A stretch of DNA of 64,000 bases from Selenomonadaceae bacterium (GCA_034186105.1 JAXGCE010000011.1:4120-68119), one strand, 5' to 3'; shown: positions 44,022 to 54,077, numbered from the stretch's first letter. The notes: generated by a model from the letters alone, not told the origin. Numbers and translations: made by a program.

Positions 44022-47000
44022 ATGAAGCGGAAATCGATCGGTCTCGTCTGCGGCATCGTCGCCGCGCTCGTGCTCGTCATCTGCGTTTGTGCATGGTACT
44101 ACGTGCAGTCTGGCGCGCTGATGGAGCGTGCAGCGGGGACGATTGCAGTGACGATGACGGATCAGCTCGGCACGGAGACGCAGGTCGGTGCTGTCGAGAT
44201 CACGTCGCTTCATGACGCCACGCTCCATGATATCGCAATCTATGACAAGCAGGCGGAATGCATTGTGAAGGCCCCAGAGGCCCAGGTGCACTTGCGCCTG
44301 CTTTCTGCGCTCAAAGAGAGTCCAGCAGCGGCCATCGAGTCCGTGACGATCGCGGGAGCGGAAGTGACGATCGAGCGTCGTGCTGACGGCACTTGGAATG
44401 TCGAAGACATCTCGCCAAAGTCGTCGGGAAAGTCTGGCTTCTCGGCGAAGATCGTGTTTGAAGACGCATGTGTGACGGGCCGCATGGACGGCCGCGAACT
44501 CACACTCGAAAACGTCACGGGTTCTGTCGACTGCGCTGATGTGCCGGTCTATAAAGTCGATGTCACGGGCGAAAATCAAGGCGCGCAGGTCCATGCTTCT
44601 GGAACGCTCTCGAGCGAGCGCCAAATTCTGAATGCCGAAGTCACGGATGTCGATGCCGAGCACTATCTCGCATTGATTCCCGATGGCTTGCTCCCGGACG
44701 GCATCGTCATTCGTGGCGGCAAGGTCAAGACGGCGAACGCCGCACTCTATCGCCGCGCCGATGTCGGTGATGTCTCCATCATCGGGCAGGGCGAAGTCGA
44801 GGGTGGTGCTGTTGATGTGGAGGGCATCGAGATTCGCGATGTCAAAGGCTTCACGCATTTCACGAACCGCGACGTCGGCGGCGACCTCACGGCAACGGTG
44901 CAGGGGCAGGCAGCGAGCGTGCGCGGCAGCGTGCGATTCGACACGGCGTCGCCGGCTATGAACCTCGAAGCGCACGCGGAAAACTTCAATCCCGCTCCGC
45001 TCCTCGCGGTCCTTGCCACCATGCGACCGCAAGCTGCGTCGGCCATAAAGGCGGCGGATTACGCTGGACCCGTGACACTGACGGCAAAGGTCGGCGGCAC
45101 GTTTGCCGCACCGATGATCGATGGTGATGTTCGCGTCGCAGCGGGGCAGGCGGCGGGTCTGGTGTTCCAGAATGCGTCAGCACATGCGCGTTTGCTCGGT
45201 CGCGTGTTGTATGTGCAAGAAATTCATGCGAATGCCCTCGGGGGCATGCTCACGGGCGAGGGGGAACTCTCGCTCGATGATCGTTCCTATACGGTGCATA
45301 TCAAGGCAGAGGGCATAGATGCGGCGGCTGTGCAATCTTATGCTGCGACGAAGACCTCATCGCTTGCGGGAGTCGAACAAGTCACGGGCCGCGTCAAGGC
45401 TGACGTTTCTGCGCATGGGCGTGGAGATGAGGTTGATGCGTTCTGGGCAGGCGGCAGCGTTTCGCTTTCGGATGGCAACTATGGCGCACTGCCCATCGAG
45501 AGCCTCAGCGCTTCGCTCGCAGCCTCCGGCCGTGACATCAAGATCGACTACCTGAGCGCGAAGCTGCCAAATCACTCCGACATCGGCATCGAAGGCGAAG
45601 TGAAGGGCGGCGAGGCGCTCAACCTCGCGTTCTATGGCGGCCATTTCGACTTGTCGTTGCTGTCGAAGCTCGACGCGCGTGCCGACCTTACGGGGTTCTG
45701 TGATTTCAAGGGGCAGCTGACGGGCAGTCTCAGCGACCCTGCTGTCACGCTTGATTTTTCGGCGAACCGTGGCAAGGCGTTCCAGCAGCCGTTTGACAGC
45801 CTCGTGCTGCGCGCGTCCGGCAGCCTCGATCGTGTCACGATCGACGACTTCCTGATGGAAAATGGAGGCAAGGAGACATGGCTCGTCACGGGCTCCATCG
45901 GTCTGACAGGCGAGAAGACGCTCGACCTGCGCGTCGACTGCATGGGGGCGCGCATGGAAGACATCGCAGCGCTCGTTGCGCCCGACCAGCCCATCACGGG
46001 CAACGTGGACAACACGATCCATTTCACGGGCACGCTCGATCATCCCGAGGCCGTCGGCTACATTCATTTCTATCGTGGCAGTTATCGCGGCGTCCTGCTC
46101 TCGGGCATGGATGGCGACTACTTCATCAAGAATGACGTCCTGCGTCTGCAGGTCTTCCATATTTATTCACCGATGGTTGATGCCGTGTTGAATGGCACGA
46201 TTGGCCTCGACCAGAGTCTCAATCTCGATATCGATGTGCGCGATCTCGACATGAAGCGCGTTGAGCACAAGCTCCCATACGAAGTCGCAGGGCATGGCAC
46301 ATTTGAAGGTCATGTGACGGGCTTTATCAAGTCGCCGATCTTTGATGGCACGCTCGATGCAAAATCCTTGGTGCTCAACGGCGTTGACATCCCGCGTGCC
46401 TATGGTCATGCGCACTATGAAGGCGGCATGATTTCGCTCGATCGCTTTGGCTTCGTGCAGGGGGCGGGCAGCTACGACCTCGAACTGCAGGCCGATACGG
46501 AGAGTCATGCCCTTTCTGGCAATGTCATCGTGCAGGGTGCTGACCTCACGAATCTCTGTGCGTTGCTGAACCAGAAAAACGAGGTCGTGAAAGGCACGAT
46601 GAATGCTTCGGCCATCGTTGGCGGCACGGCGGAAAATCCGGCGCTCGATGTCGAGGGTACGCTGGCGCAAGGTACGATCGCGGGCTACGATGTCCACGGC
46701 GTCGAAGTTGCGGCCAAGCTCTCCGATCATGTGCTATACATCGAGAACTGCAAGGGGCAGCAGGGGAATGGCACGTTCGAGCTCATGGGTACGTCGGCCC
46801 TCGACGGCACGCTCGATCTCAAGCTCACAGCGCGCAGCATCGCACTCGGCATGTTCACGAAAGCCATTGGCATCGATACGGATGTGCTCGGCACGGCCGA
46901 CATTGACGCGACACTCACGGGCAACATTTCGAGCCCGGAAGGAAAGTTCACGCTCGCGGCAAAAGATGGTGGCATCCAGGGATCGACGTTTGACACGCTG

Positions 47001-48455
47001 ACCGGTGAGGCAACGCTGTTCCATGGTATCGTGGATGTCAAAGACTTGCGCGTACAGAAGACGGTCGGCACGAAGGATCCGCAGACGTATGAAGCAAGTG
47101 CAAAAGGCATCGTGCCGTTGCGTGCGCTCCGGGCCGATGCACGAAATGACGAACTCGCGGATTTCGAGCAGATTCATCTAGAGCTCTCGCTCGACCGCGC
47201 AAATCTGTCGTTGCTGCCTGTCCTTTCGAATCAGGTGGAATGGGCGGTCGGAGAGACGCACGGCGACGTGTTGATCACAGGCACGGCAGCACACCCGCTT
47301 TTCTCTGGAAAACTGTCACTCCCTGATGGCGCAATGAAGCTCAAGCTCATCCAGACGCCGATCGAATCGCTGCATGGCGTACTGACGTTCCAGGGAAATG
47401 AAGCGAAGCTTGAAGAACTCTCTGGCCGCATGGGCAGTGGCATGTTCACGGGCAGCGGCCATCTGACCCTTGACGGCCTGACGCCAAAATCATATGCGGC
47501 TGACCTCACGGCCGACGGCCTCGAAGTTGTCTCGACGGCGTATAAAGGGCCGATTACGGGTGCATTCCACATCGAGAACAGCGAGATTGCAGACCCGACA
47601 GGCAAGCTCTTCTACCGTCCGAAACTCTCTGGCCATCTTGATTTTGACAAGTGCGAGATCTCCATCCCGATGATCCCAGATAGCGATGGCGAACTGCCGG
47701 ACGTCCTGCTCGACGTTGATGTCACGGCGGGTGAAGATGTCCATTTCTACAGATCGTCGCTTTACGACATGTACATCACGGGCGCAGCGCATTTCGGCGG
47801 TTCGACGCTCTATCCTGTGCCGACGGGCGAGTTCCATGTCAAGCGCGGCGGTACGGTCACGTATCTCAAGAATGTCTTCAAGATTCGCGAGGGCATCGCG
47901 ACGTTTGATCAAGTCGCGAACTTCCTGCCGAACATCCGCTTCCTCGCTGATACGAAAGTCGGCTCGACGAGCATCTACCTATTGCTTGACGGCCATCTCA
48001 ACAACGACATGGAAGTCAAACTGACGTCGAACCCTGAGTACAGCCAGACGGAGATCATCACGATGCTGACGCTCCGCAGCTCTTATCGGCGTGGCGAGAC
48101 GAATCTCGATATGAACGACATCTTCAACATCGGCCTCCAGATGACCGTGCTCTCAGAGCTCGAAGACCAGATGCGCAGCCTGCTCTGGCTCGATACGTTC
48201 CGCATTTCGCGTGGCAGCGGCTCGGTCATTGAGCAGCAGTCGCACGGTGATAGCGGCGATGATGACGACAATGTCTACAACATCGAAATGGGCAAGCGCA
48301 TTGGCAGCCGCACGCAGGTGCATTACGTGCGTGGCATCGGCGACAACACGCAACGCTATGGGTTCCAGTACGATCTCAGCGACGCCATCGGCTTCACCGT
48401 CGACCACGAAAACGGCGATACGATCGTCGGTGTCGAAGCACGCTATAAATTTTAA
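44022..48455 (+). CDS. tamB: TamB/AsmA-like translocation and assembly module protein
   Basis: The 1477-aa protein has an N-terminal TM anchor and a long beta-rich repetitive body. The DUF490-like C-terminus ends ...VGVEARYKF. Confidence 0.85.
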   Translation: MKRKSIGLVCGIVAALVLVICVCAWYYVQSGALMERAAGTIAVTMTDQLGTETQVGAVEITSLHDATLHDIAIYDKQAECIVKAPEAQVHLRLLSALKESPAAAIESVTIAGAEVTIERRADGTWNVEDISPKSSGKSGFSAKIVFEDACVTGRMDGRELTLENVTGSVDCADVPVYKVDVTGENQGAQVHASGTLSSERQILNAEVTDVDAEHYLALIPDGLLPDGIVIRGGKVKTANAALYRRADVGDVSIIGQGEVEGGAVDVEGIEIRDVKGFTHFTNRDVGGDLTATVQGQAASVRGSVRFDTASPAMNLEAHAENFNPAPLLAVLATMRPQAASAIKAADYAGPVTLTAKVGGTFAAPMIDGDVRVAAGQAAGLVFQNASAHARLLGRVLYVQEIHANALGGMLTGEGELSLDDRSYTVHIKAEGIDAAAVQSYAATKTSSLAGVEQVTGRVKADVSAHGRGDEVDAFWAGGSVSLSDGNYGALPIESLSASLAASGRDIKIDYLSAKLPNHSDIGIEGEVKGGEALNLAFYGGHFDLSLLSKLDARADLTGFCDFKGQLTGSLSDPAVTLDFSANRGKAFQQPFDSLVLRASGSLDRVTIDDFLMENGGKETWLVTGSIGLTGEKTLDLRVDCMGARMEDIAALVAPDQPITGNVDNTIHFTGTLDHPEAVGYIHFYRGSYRGVLLSGMDGDYFIKNDVLRLQVFHIYSPMVDAVLNGTIGLDQSLNLDIDVRDLDMKRVEHKLPYEVAGHGTFEGHVTGFIKSPIFDGTLDAKSLVLNGVDIPRAYGHAHYEGGMISLDRFGFVQGAGSYDLELQADTESHALSGNVIVQGADLTNLCALLNQKNEVVKGTMNASAIVGGTAENPALDVEGTLAQGTIAGYDVHGVEVAAKLSDHVLYIENCKGQQGNGTFELMGTSALDGTLDLKLTARSIALGMFTKAIGIDTDVLGTADIDATLTGNISSPEGKFTLAAKDGGIQGSTFDTLTGEATLFHGIVDVKDLRVQKTVGTKDPQTYEASAKGIVPLRALRADARNDELADFEQIHLELSLDRANLSLLPVLSNQVEWAVGETHGDVLITGTAAHPLFSGKLSLPDGAMKLKLIQTPIESLHGVLTFQGNEAKLEELSGRMGSGMFTGSGHLTLDGLTPKSYAADLTADGLEVVSTAYKGPITGAFHIENSEIADPTGKLFYRPKLSGHLDFDKCEISIPMIPDSDGELPDVLLDVDVTAGEDVHFYRSSLYDMYITGAAHFGGSTLYPVPTGEFHVKRGGTVTYLKNVFKIREGIATFDQVANFLPNIRFLADTKVGSTSIYLLLDGHLNNDMEVKLTSNPEYSQTEIITMLTLRSSYRRGETNLDMNDIFNIGLQMTVLSELEDQMRSLLWLDTFRISRGSGSVIEQQSHGDSGDDDDNVYNIEMGKRIGSRTQVHYVRGIGDNTQRYGFQYDLSDAIGFTVDHENGDTIVGVEARYKF

Positions 48456-48500
48456 TCTGCACCATGTAAGATATTTCGAAGAGAAAGGGGGTGCGCATCC

Positions 48501-49136
48501 ATGCGTCTCGAAGACTACATGAAAGAGCTCCAGAGCGTCAAGCTCCTAGAGCCTAAAGAAGAAGCCGCGCTCTGGCAGGCGTACAAAGTCCATGGCGATA
48601 GGACTGCGCGCCGCCGCATCATCGAATCGTATCAGCCACTCGTCTTCAAGCAGGCCATGCCCTACCGAGCACTGCCTGGCATCATGGATGTCATCCAGGA
48701 AGGCACGGTTGGCCTCATCGAGGCCGTCGAGCACTATGACCCTGCGCGCGGTGTCGCGTTCAGCCTATTTGCCGTGCACCGCATCCGCGGCCGCATGGCC
48801 GATTTCCTGCGAAAGGAAGGCGCGTCCGACATCGCCTGCATGGATGCGCGCCCGGAGACGGGCGGCGAGACGATGAAAGAAAGCCTCGCCGATACAGTGG
48901 CACTCTCTGTGCCGGAGGCGGCCGAGTCACATGAACTCGCTGGCCGCCTGCACGCGGCGATGGATCGTCTGCCCGAGAAGGAGCGTGCCGTGCTGACGGG
49001 CGTCTACCTCGAAAGCCAGCCCGTCGAGACGATGGCCGATGCGCTCGACGTCTCGACATCGCACATCTACCGCTTGCAAAAGAGCGGCATCCGTCGCGTG
49101 CGTGGCATGCTGTCTAGATTCATACAGCACTGGTGA
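48501..49136 (+). CDS. Group-3 sigma-70-family sigma factor (FliA/SigD-like)
   Basis: Region 2 is DVIQEGTVGLIEAVEHYDPARGVAFSLFAVHRIRGRMADFLR. Region 4 is LPEKERAVLTGVYLE...VSTSHIYRLQKSGIRRVR. Confidence 0.85.
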   Translation: MRLEDYMKELQSVKLLEPKEEAALWQAYKVHGDRTARRRIIESYQPLVFKQAMPYRALPGIMDVIQEGTVGLIEAVEHYDPARGVAFSLFAVHRIRGRMADFLRKEGASDIACMDARPETGGETMKESLADTVALSVPEAAESHELAGRLHAAMDRLPEKERAVLTGVYLESQPVETMADALDVSTSHIYRLQKSGIRRVRGMLSRFIQHW

Positions 49137-49216
49137 GAAGGGAAAATTCGCTTTCTCAGTACTCTCCTCGAAAAAGAAAAACAGTGTATTTGATATAATA
49201 TCTTTTGATAATCGAC

Positions 49217-49244
49217 AAAAAACCGCGATATTCGCGGTTTTTTC
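49217..49244 (+). terminator. Rho-independent terminator after sigma factor gene
   Basis: AAAAAACCGCGA-TAT-TCGCGGTTTTTT. Confidence 0.85.
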
Positions 49245-49339
49245 GCGTATATAGGCCGCCAGAAATCACAGCGGCAACATGACTATAGAAACATCTAGAA
49301 AAGGAAACGGAAGAATCTCACTGGAAGGAGGAACCTCAG

Positions 49340-49948
49340 ATGGGGGACGGAAAAAAGCAGCAATCCATCCGCGCGGCGCGCGATTGGCTTGAGGAAGCCG
49401 ATGCATCACTCTCGGAGGGCAGCGACATTCGTGGCGATCTCAAAGTCATGCTTGCGCAGGCCGAACTGCGCCATGTGCAGGAGTCCGAACCGACGAAGCA
49501 TCAGCTCTGGCGCCGTCGTCTGACGCATCTGCTGCCACTCACAGCGGCGGCCGTGCTCGCAGCACTCGCGTTTTACCTGACGCCGGCGGTCGCGCCACCG
49601 CAGGAGACGGCGGGCGTCCAGGCACCACCCGCAGAGATGCAGGTGCAACCTGCGACAGAAGATGTTGCGGGGACGCCTGCGACAGCAGGAGCGACAGATG
49701 TGACGGACGATGCAGGCGATTTCGCACCTGTGACCAGTGCGCCCGAGAGGGAGCCGGATCGCACAGCGATGGCGCAAGCACCTGCAGCGGTGGTCGCTAA
49801 GGAACTTGTTGTGCCAGCGCAGGAACAGTCAGCTGTCACAGCGAACCAGCCTGCACAAGCTGCGCAGTCAGCCGCTACGCCTGCCGTCCCTGCACCTGAG
49901 ACGCAGAAACTCATGCAGTCCGCAGGAAAAGCCTTGCGGGAGCCTTGA
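49340..49948 (+). CDS. Single-pass membrane protein with A/P/T/Q-rich extracytoplasmic region, unknown function
   Basis: RBS GGAAGGAGG. The TM segment is LLPLTAAAVLAALAFYL. Confidence 0.5.
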   Translation: MGDGKKQQSIRAARDWLEEADASLSEGSDIRGDLKVMLAQAELRHVQESEPTKHQLWRRRLTHLLPLTAAAVLAALAFYLTPAVAPPQETAGVQAPPAEMQVQPATEDVAGTPATAGATDVTDDAGDFAPVTSAPEREPDRTAMAQAPAAVVAKELVVPAQEQSAVTANQPAQAAQSAATPAVPAPETQKLMQSAGKALREP

Positions 49949-50027
49949 GAACCCGATATAATGAAAGCTATGACTTGAACATGCACAGATATGTTAGAAA
50001 GCACGACCACACAGGAGGTTTTGACTT

Positions 50028-52049
50028 TTGACGAAGAAGACTTATCGAAAACTGGCGGCCGCCATCGCGCTCGCCACGAGCTTTGCTGCAGTGCCGGGGA
50101 TGGCACTGGCGGCAGAAGCAGAAGCGCAGGACGCGACGCAAACGGATGCACAGGATGCAAAAACGACAGTGACGACGGCTGAAGCGTCCACGGAAACGAC
50201 GGCAACGACAGATGTTTCGACAGAATCCGCCGAGACGACGACGGCAGAGGCAACAGCTTCTGCCGAAGCGACAGCGACCGTTGGCGCTGCTTCCACAGCT
50301 ACGACGGCGACGGAGACGACGGCAGCAGGCGAGGTCAGCGAGCGCGTGCGCGACTGGGCAAAACTCCGCCCGACAGAAGCCGCGATCGAAGCTTACAAGC
50401 AGAAGTATGACGGCAAGACCGTCGTCGATATCGATTTCGATGGTGCAACGGAAGCGACGCTTGCAACGGCGCAGAACGCCATCCATATGCGCACGGGCGA
50501 CACGTACACGGTCAAAGGCCTCGACGCCGACCTCGATGCGCTGATCGCAACAGGCTATTATTACGACCTGTTCCCGACGTTTGAAGATGTGCCAGAAGGC
50601 GTCGTGCTGACGTACCATGTGCTCGAGAATCCGATCCTCAAGAGCATCGCCATCACGGGCAACACCGTCGAGACGACGGATGACCTCATGGGACTCGTGA
50701 CGCTCCATACAGGCGAGATGCTCAACAGCACGACGCTCAAGAAGAACGTGCAGGAGATCCAGGAGAAATATCGTGCGGATGGCTACATCCTCGCGAAGAT
50801 CACGGACCTCAACATCGACAAGGAAGGCAACCTCACGATCAAGATCAACGAAGGCAAGATCGAGGGCTTCAAGGTTAAAGGCAATGAGAAGACGAAGGAC
50901 TACGTCATCCTGCGCGAGATGCGCCAGAAAGTCGGCGAGCCGTTCAACGCGAAGAAGACACAGCGCAGCTGGCAGCGCGTCAACAACCTCGGTTTCTTTG
51001 AAGAAGTCAACCCGAAAGTCCAGCCGGGCGTCGAACCAAACGCCGTCGTCGTCGAGTGGAATGTCAAGGAGCGCCGCACGGGTACGTTCAGTGTCGGTGC
51101 GGGCTACTCGAGCCAGGACGGTGTCATCGGCATGGTTTCGATCGGTGACACGAACTTCCGTGGCACGGGCGATGCCGTGAGCATCACGTACGAGTTCAGT
51201 GGCGATGATACGGACTCGCATGGCTACAGCTTCTCGTACCGCCGTCCATGGCTCGACAAGAAGCAGACGACGGGGACGTTCCGCATTTACAACCGTACAT
51301 ATGAATACGACGACTACGATGAAAACGGCGATCACATCGAGTCGTACATGCGCCACTACTCCGGCGGCGAGATCACACTCGGTCGTCCGGTTAGCGAGTA
51401 TTCGACGAATTACATCACGCTGCGCAACCGCAAGGACAAATACGTCAAGCAGACGGAGACGGGCAACATGCGTGACCGCACGCCGGAAACGACGCACGAA
51501 GCGTGGAAGGAATACAACTTCGGCACGACGCGCAGCCTGACGCTCCAGCATGTCACGGATACGCGTGATAACATCTATTTCCCGACGACGGGCGGCCGCA
51601 TCGCACTGACAGGCGAGGTTGGTGGATTTGGTGCCGACTTTGACTATCGCAAAGCCGACATCGAAGACCAGCGCTACTTCAAGGCTGGACGCAACCAGGT
51701 CTGGGCTCTCAGAGGTCAGTACGGCTGGGCCGATGGTCATATCTCCGAGTACGCGCGTTACAAAGTCGGTGGCCAGGACAGCCTGCGCGGCTATCGCGAC
51801 GACCAGTTCCGCGGCAAGCACATGTTCCTCGGGACGCTCGAGTATCGTTTCCCGATCGTCAGCAAAGTGCAGGGTGCTGTCTTCACGGACTTCGGCAACG
51901 CTTGGGATGACGGCCTCTGGCCGGATGAAATCCATGCGAGCGTCGGCGTCGGCATGTCGCTTGTGACGCCGCTCGGCCCGATTCGCCTTGACTACGGTCG
52001 TGGCGACGACGGCGGCCGCGTCCACTTCAGCGTTGGCGGCAGCTTCTAA
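50028..52049 (+). CDS. bamA: Outer-membrane protein assembly factor BamA (Omp85)
   Basis: The signal peptide ends ...VPGMALA. POTRA-like repeats are followed by an Omp85 barrel with RGY..D.FRG. The protein ends VHFSVGGSF. Confidence 0.93.
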   Translation: MTKKTYRKLAAAIALATSFAAVPGMALAAEAEAQDATQTDAQDAKTTVTTAEASTETTATTDVSTESAETTTAEATASAEATATVGAASTATTATETTAAGEVSERVRDWAKLRPTEAAIEAYKQKYDGKTVVDIDFDGATEATLATAQNAIHMRTGDTYTVKGLDADLDALIATGYYYDLFPTFEDVPEGVVLTYHVLENPILKSIAITGNTVETTDDLMGLVTLHTGEMLNSTTLKKNVQEIQEKYRADGYILAKITDLNIDKEGNLTIKINEGKIEGFKVKGNEKTKDYVILREMRQKVGEPFNAKKTQRSWQRVNNLGFFEEVNPKVQPGVEPNAVVVEWNVKERRTGTFSVGAGYSSQDGVIGMVSIGDTNFRGTGDAVSITYEFSGDDTDSHGYSFSYRRPWLDKKQTTGTFRIYNRTYEYDDYDENGDHIESYMRHYSGGEITLGRPVSEYSTNYITLRNRKDKYVKQTETGNMRDRTPETTHEAWKEYNFGTTRSLTLQHVTDTRDNIYFPTTGGRIALTGEVGGFGADFDYRKADIEDQRYFKAGRNQVWALRGQYGWADGHISEYARYKVGGQDSLRGYRDDQFRGKHMFLGTLEYRFPIVSKVQGAVFTDFGNAWDDGLWPDEIHASVGVGMSLVTPLGPIRLDYGRGDDGGRVHFSVGGSF

Positions 52050-52094
52050 GAGACGAACTCGTTTTGTCAGTTCATCTCTCTGAAAAATGGAAAA

Positions 52095-53396
52095 TTGTAT
52101 GTGAAAAATTTTTTTAAAAACATCATTTTTGTTGTGCTTTGTATGTTCCTGTTTTCAATGAACGTAGATGCAGCACAGCGTATTACTGCCGTTGAGGCGG
52201 AAGTCACATCGTCCAGCACGATCCCGCCTCCTGTCGCCACCCGCATGGAGACAAGCATCTCCGCCATCGCTGACCAGCTGTTGCTCGGCAAGCCTGTGGA
52301 CATGTCGCCTGCTGATGCGGCGAAGCAAGCTTCCGTCATCCGCGAGGTCTTCGACAAAGTCCTCGTCGGTTACACGGTGATGGACGCCAAAGTCGTCCCC
52401 GACGAGACGGCGCGCGTGACGGTCACGCTTGTCCCATGGGATGACCGCGTGCAGAGCGTCGCCGTCGACGTGCATGTCGATGGCATGCCGCCCGAAGTCG
52501 AATCCATGGTGCGGCAGGATCTCGCAGGCGTCGATCAGGTCTTTGACCATGCGCTTCTCGGCCTGCCCATCGCGGCGGCCGATTGGACGAATGGCGTGTT
52601 AAAGCGCGAGGTCAACAGCTATCTTGCAGCGCACCTGCCGGAGTTCCGCGCGGACTTTGATGTCACAGCCGACACGGCGACGCACGTCGAGCTCACAGTT
52701 TATCCGCGCTTGCCCGTCGTGCGCACAGTCGATCTTTCCATGCGCTCCGACACGATGCCAAATGTCATGATGCTCACACATCGTGAGCTGCTACGCGACC
52801 GCGTCAACATGCTCGTCGGCGTGCCCGTGGCGTTTACGGAGCGCCACCGCACAGCGTTCGAACAGCTGTTTGCCAAGGCGATCGACGAGCAGCCAGACTT
52901 CCATACCATGCGCATGAAGACGGATGTCGCGCTTGCGACAGGCGAACGCGCGACGGTCATGGCACGCTCCGATTCCTCACGCTACCGCCTGCGTCTCATG
53001 GGCTGGCTTGATGTCGGCCGCAAGGAAAGCGAACTTCACAGCAACGAGGAAGACTTGCTCCTCCGGCTCCATGTGGGGCGGCAGCTCACGCGCCTCGATG
53101 AATTTTATCTATTGACGGATGTCACGCCGCAGGACGTCGCTTGGCGCTGGCAGCTCGGCTGGACACATGACTTGCCGTATGGCACGTCAGCGGGTCTGCG
53201 CTATGACTTCAAAGGGCATCGCCTCGTCTATGATTTCGGCTGGCGCATCGCGCCGGATTGGAGTATTCGCTATGAGTACCGTGATGCCGACGCACGTGGC
53301 GAAGGCGCGCTCCGCTACCGCATCCACGACTTCCTGAGCGTCGAATACGCCCATGATAATGAAGGCGGTTGGGTGCGCTTCCTCGGCAATTTTTGA
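52095..53396 (+). CDS. Secreted protein of unknown function with OMP-like C-terminal region
   Basis: The signal peptide is ...FLFSMNVDAAQ. The C-terminal ~120 aa are rich in alternating aromatic/charged strands and end ...GGWVRFLGNF. The start is uncertain (TTG 52095 or GTG 52101). Confidence 0.6.
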   Translation: MYVKNFFKNIIFVVLCMFLFSMNVDAAQRITAVEAEVTSSSTIPPPVATRMETSISAIADQLLLGKPVDMSPADAAKQASVIREVFDKVLVGYTVMDAKVVPDETARVTVTLVPWDDRVQSVAVDVHVDGMPPEVESMVRQDLAGVDQVFDHALLGLPIAAADWTNGVLKREVNSYLAAHLPEFRADFDVTADTATHVELTVYPRLPVVRTVDLSMRSDTMPNVMMLTHRELLRDRVNMLVGVPVAFTERHRTAFEQLFAKAIDEQPDFHTMRMKTDVALATGERATVMARSDSSRYRLRLMGWLDVGRKESELHSNEEDLLLRLHVGRQLTRLDEFYLLTDVTPQDVAWRWQLGWTHDLPYGTSAGLRYDFKGHRLVYDFGWRIAPDWSIRYEYRDADARGEGALRYRIHDFLSVEYAHDNEGGWVRFLGNF

Positions 53397-53422
53397 AATT
53401 TGCATTCTGTCAGGAATTTGGC

Positions 53423-53451
53423 TTGAATCGGCCTTGAGACTTTGCTATAAT
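53423..53451 (+). promoter_or_regulatory. Sigma-70 promoter upstream of skp paralogues
   Basis: TTGAAT-N17-TATAAT. Confidence 0.6.
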
Positions 53452-53527
53452 GAAACATGTTTCAGGGCTCGACGCGAGCTGTCTGATATCCAATCTACCC
53501 AGATAGGGAAAGGGAGAAAACAAAAAA

Positions 53528-53995
53528 ATGATTACATTCCAGAAAAAATCGGTCAAGATCATCAGCGTTCTCATCGCGCTCGTCTTCGTCGGCTCCGTCG
53601 TTGCCCTCGCGTTGACGCAGTTCGGCTCTGGCATGGCTTCCGCTGCTGGCAACAGCAATGTCGGCACGGTCGACTACCGTCAGATCATGAGTCAGCATCC
53701 GCAGCTCCAGAGTGCAAACTCCGAGCTCCAGCAGGCCGTCTCCGATGCGCAGAAAGAGTTCGAGGAGAAATCTAAGGACATGAGCGATCAGGAGAAATCT
53801 GACTACTATCAGCAGACGCAGCAGCGCCTCCAGCAGAAGCAGCAGGAACTGCTCGAGCCGATTCAGAAATCCGTTGAGGATGCTGTGAAATCCGTTGCCG
53901 ATGCCAAGGGCCTGACGGTCGTTATCGACAAGAATGCTGTCGTCTACGGCGGCACGGACATCACGCAGGACGTCGTCAAGAAAATCGCGAAATAA
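53528..53995 (+). CDS. skp: OmpH/Skp-family periplasmic chaperone (paralogue 1)
   Basis: An N-terminal hydrophobic signal or anchor is followed by a coiled-coil body. The C-terminus is KGLTVVIDKNAVVYGGTDITQDVVKKI. Confidence 0.85.
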   Translation: MITFQKKSVKIISVLIALVFVGSVVALALTQFGSGMASAAGNSNVGTVDYRQIMSQHPQLQSANSELQQAVSDAQKEFEEKSKDMSDQEKSDYYQQTQQRLQQKQQELLEPIQKSVEDAVKSVADAKGLTVVIDKNAVVYGGTDITQDVVKKIAK

Positions 53996-54077
53996 TCCCA
54001 TCAACTGCAAGAGCATGGAAACAAGATACCGAGCCACTTGATGCGCTCGGTATCTTTCTGAATAGGGGGAGATTTTC

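Noticed and set aside
48501-49948. The sigma factor plus the downstream membrane protein as a co-transcribed sigma/anti-sigma operon.
   Set aside because: A strong rho-independent terminator (49217..49244) and a 200-nt gap separate them. The membrane protein also lacks the usual anti-sigma zinc-binding HxxxCxxC N-domain. It is kept only as a weak hypothesis inside a finding.
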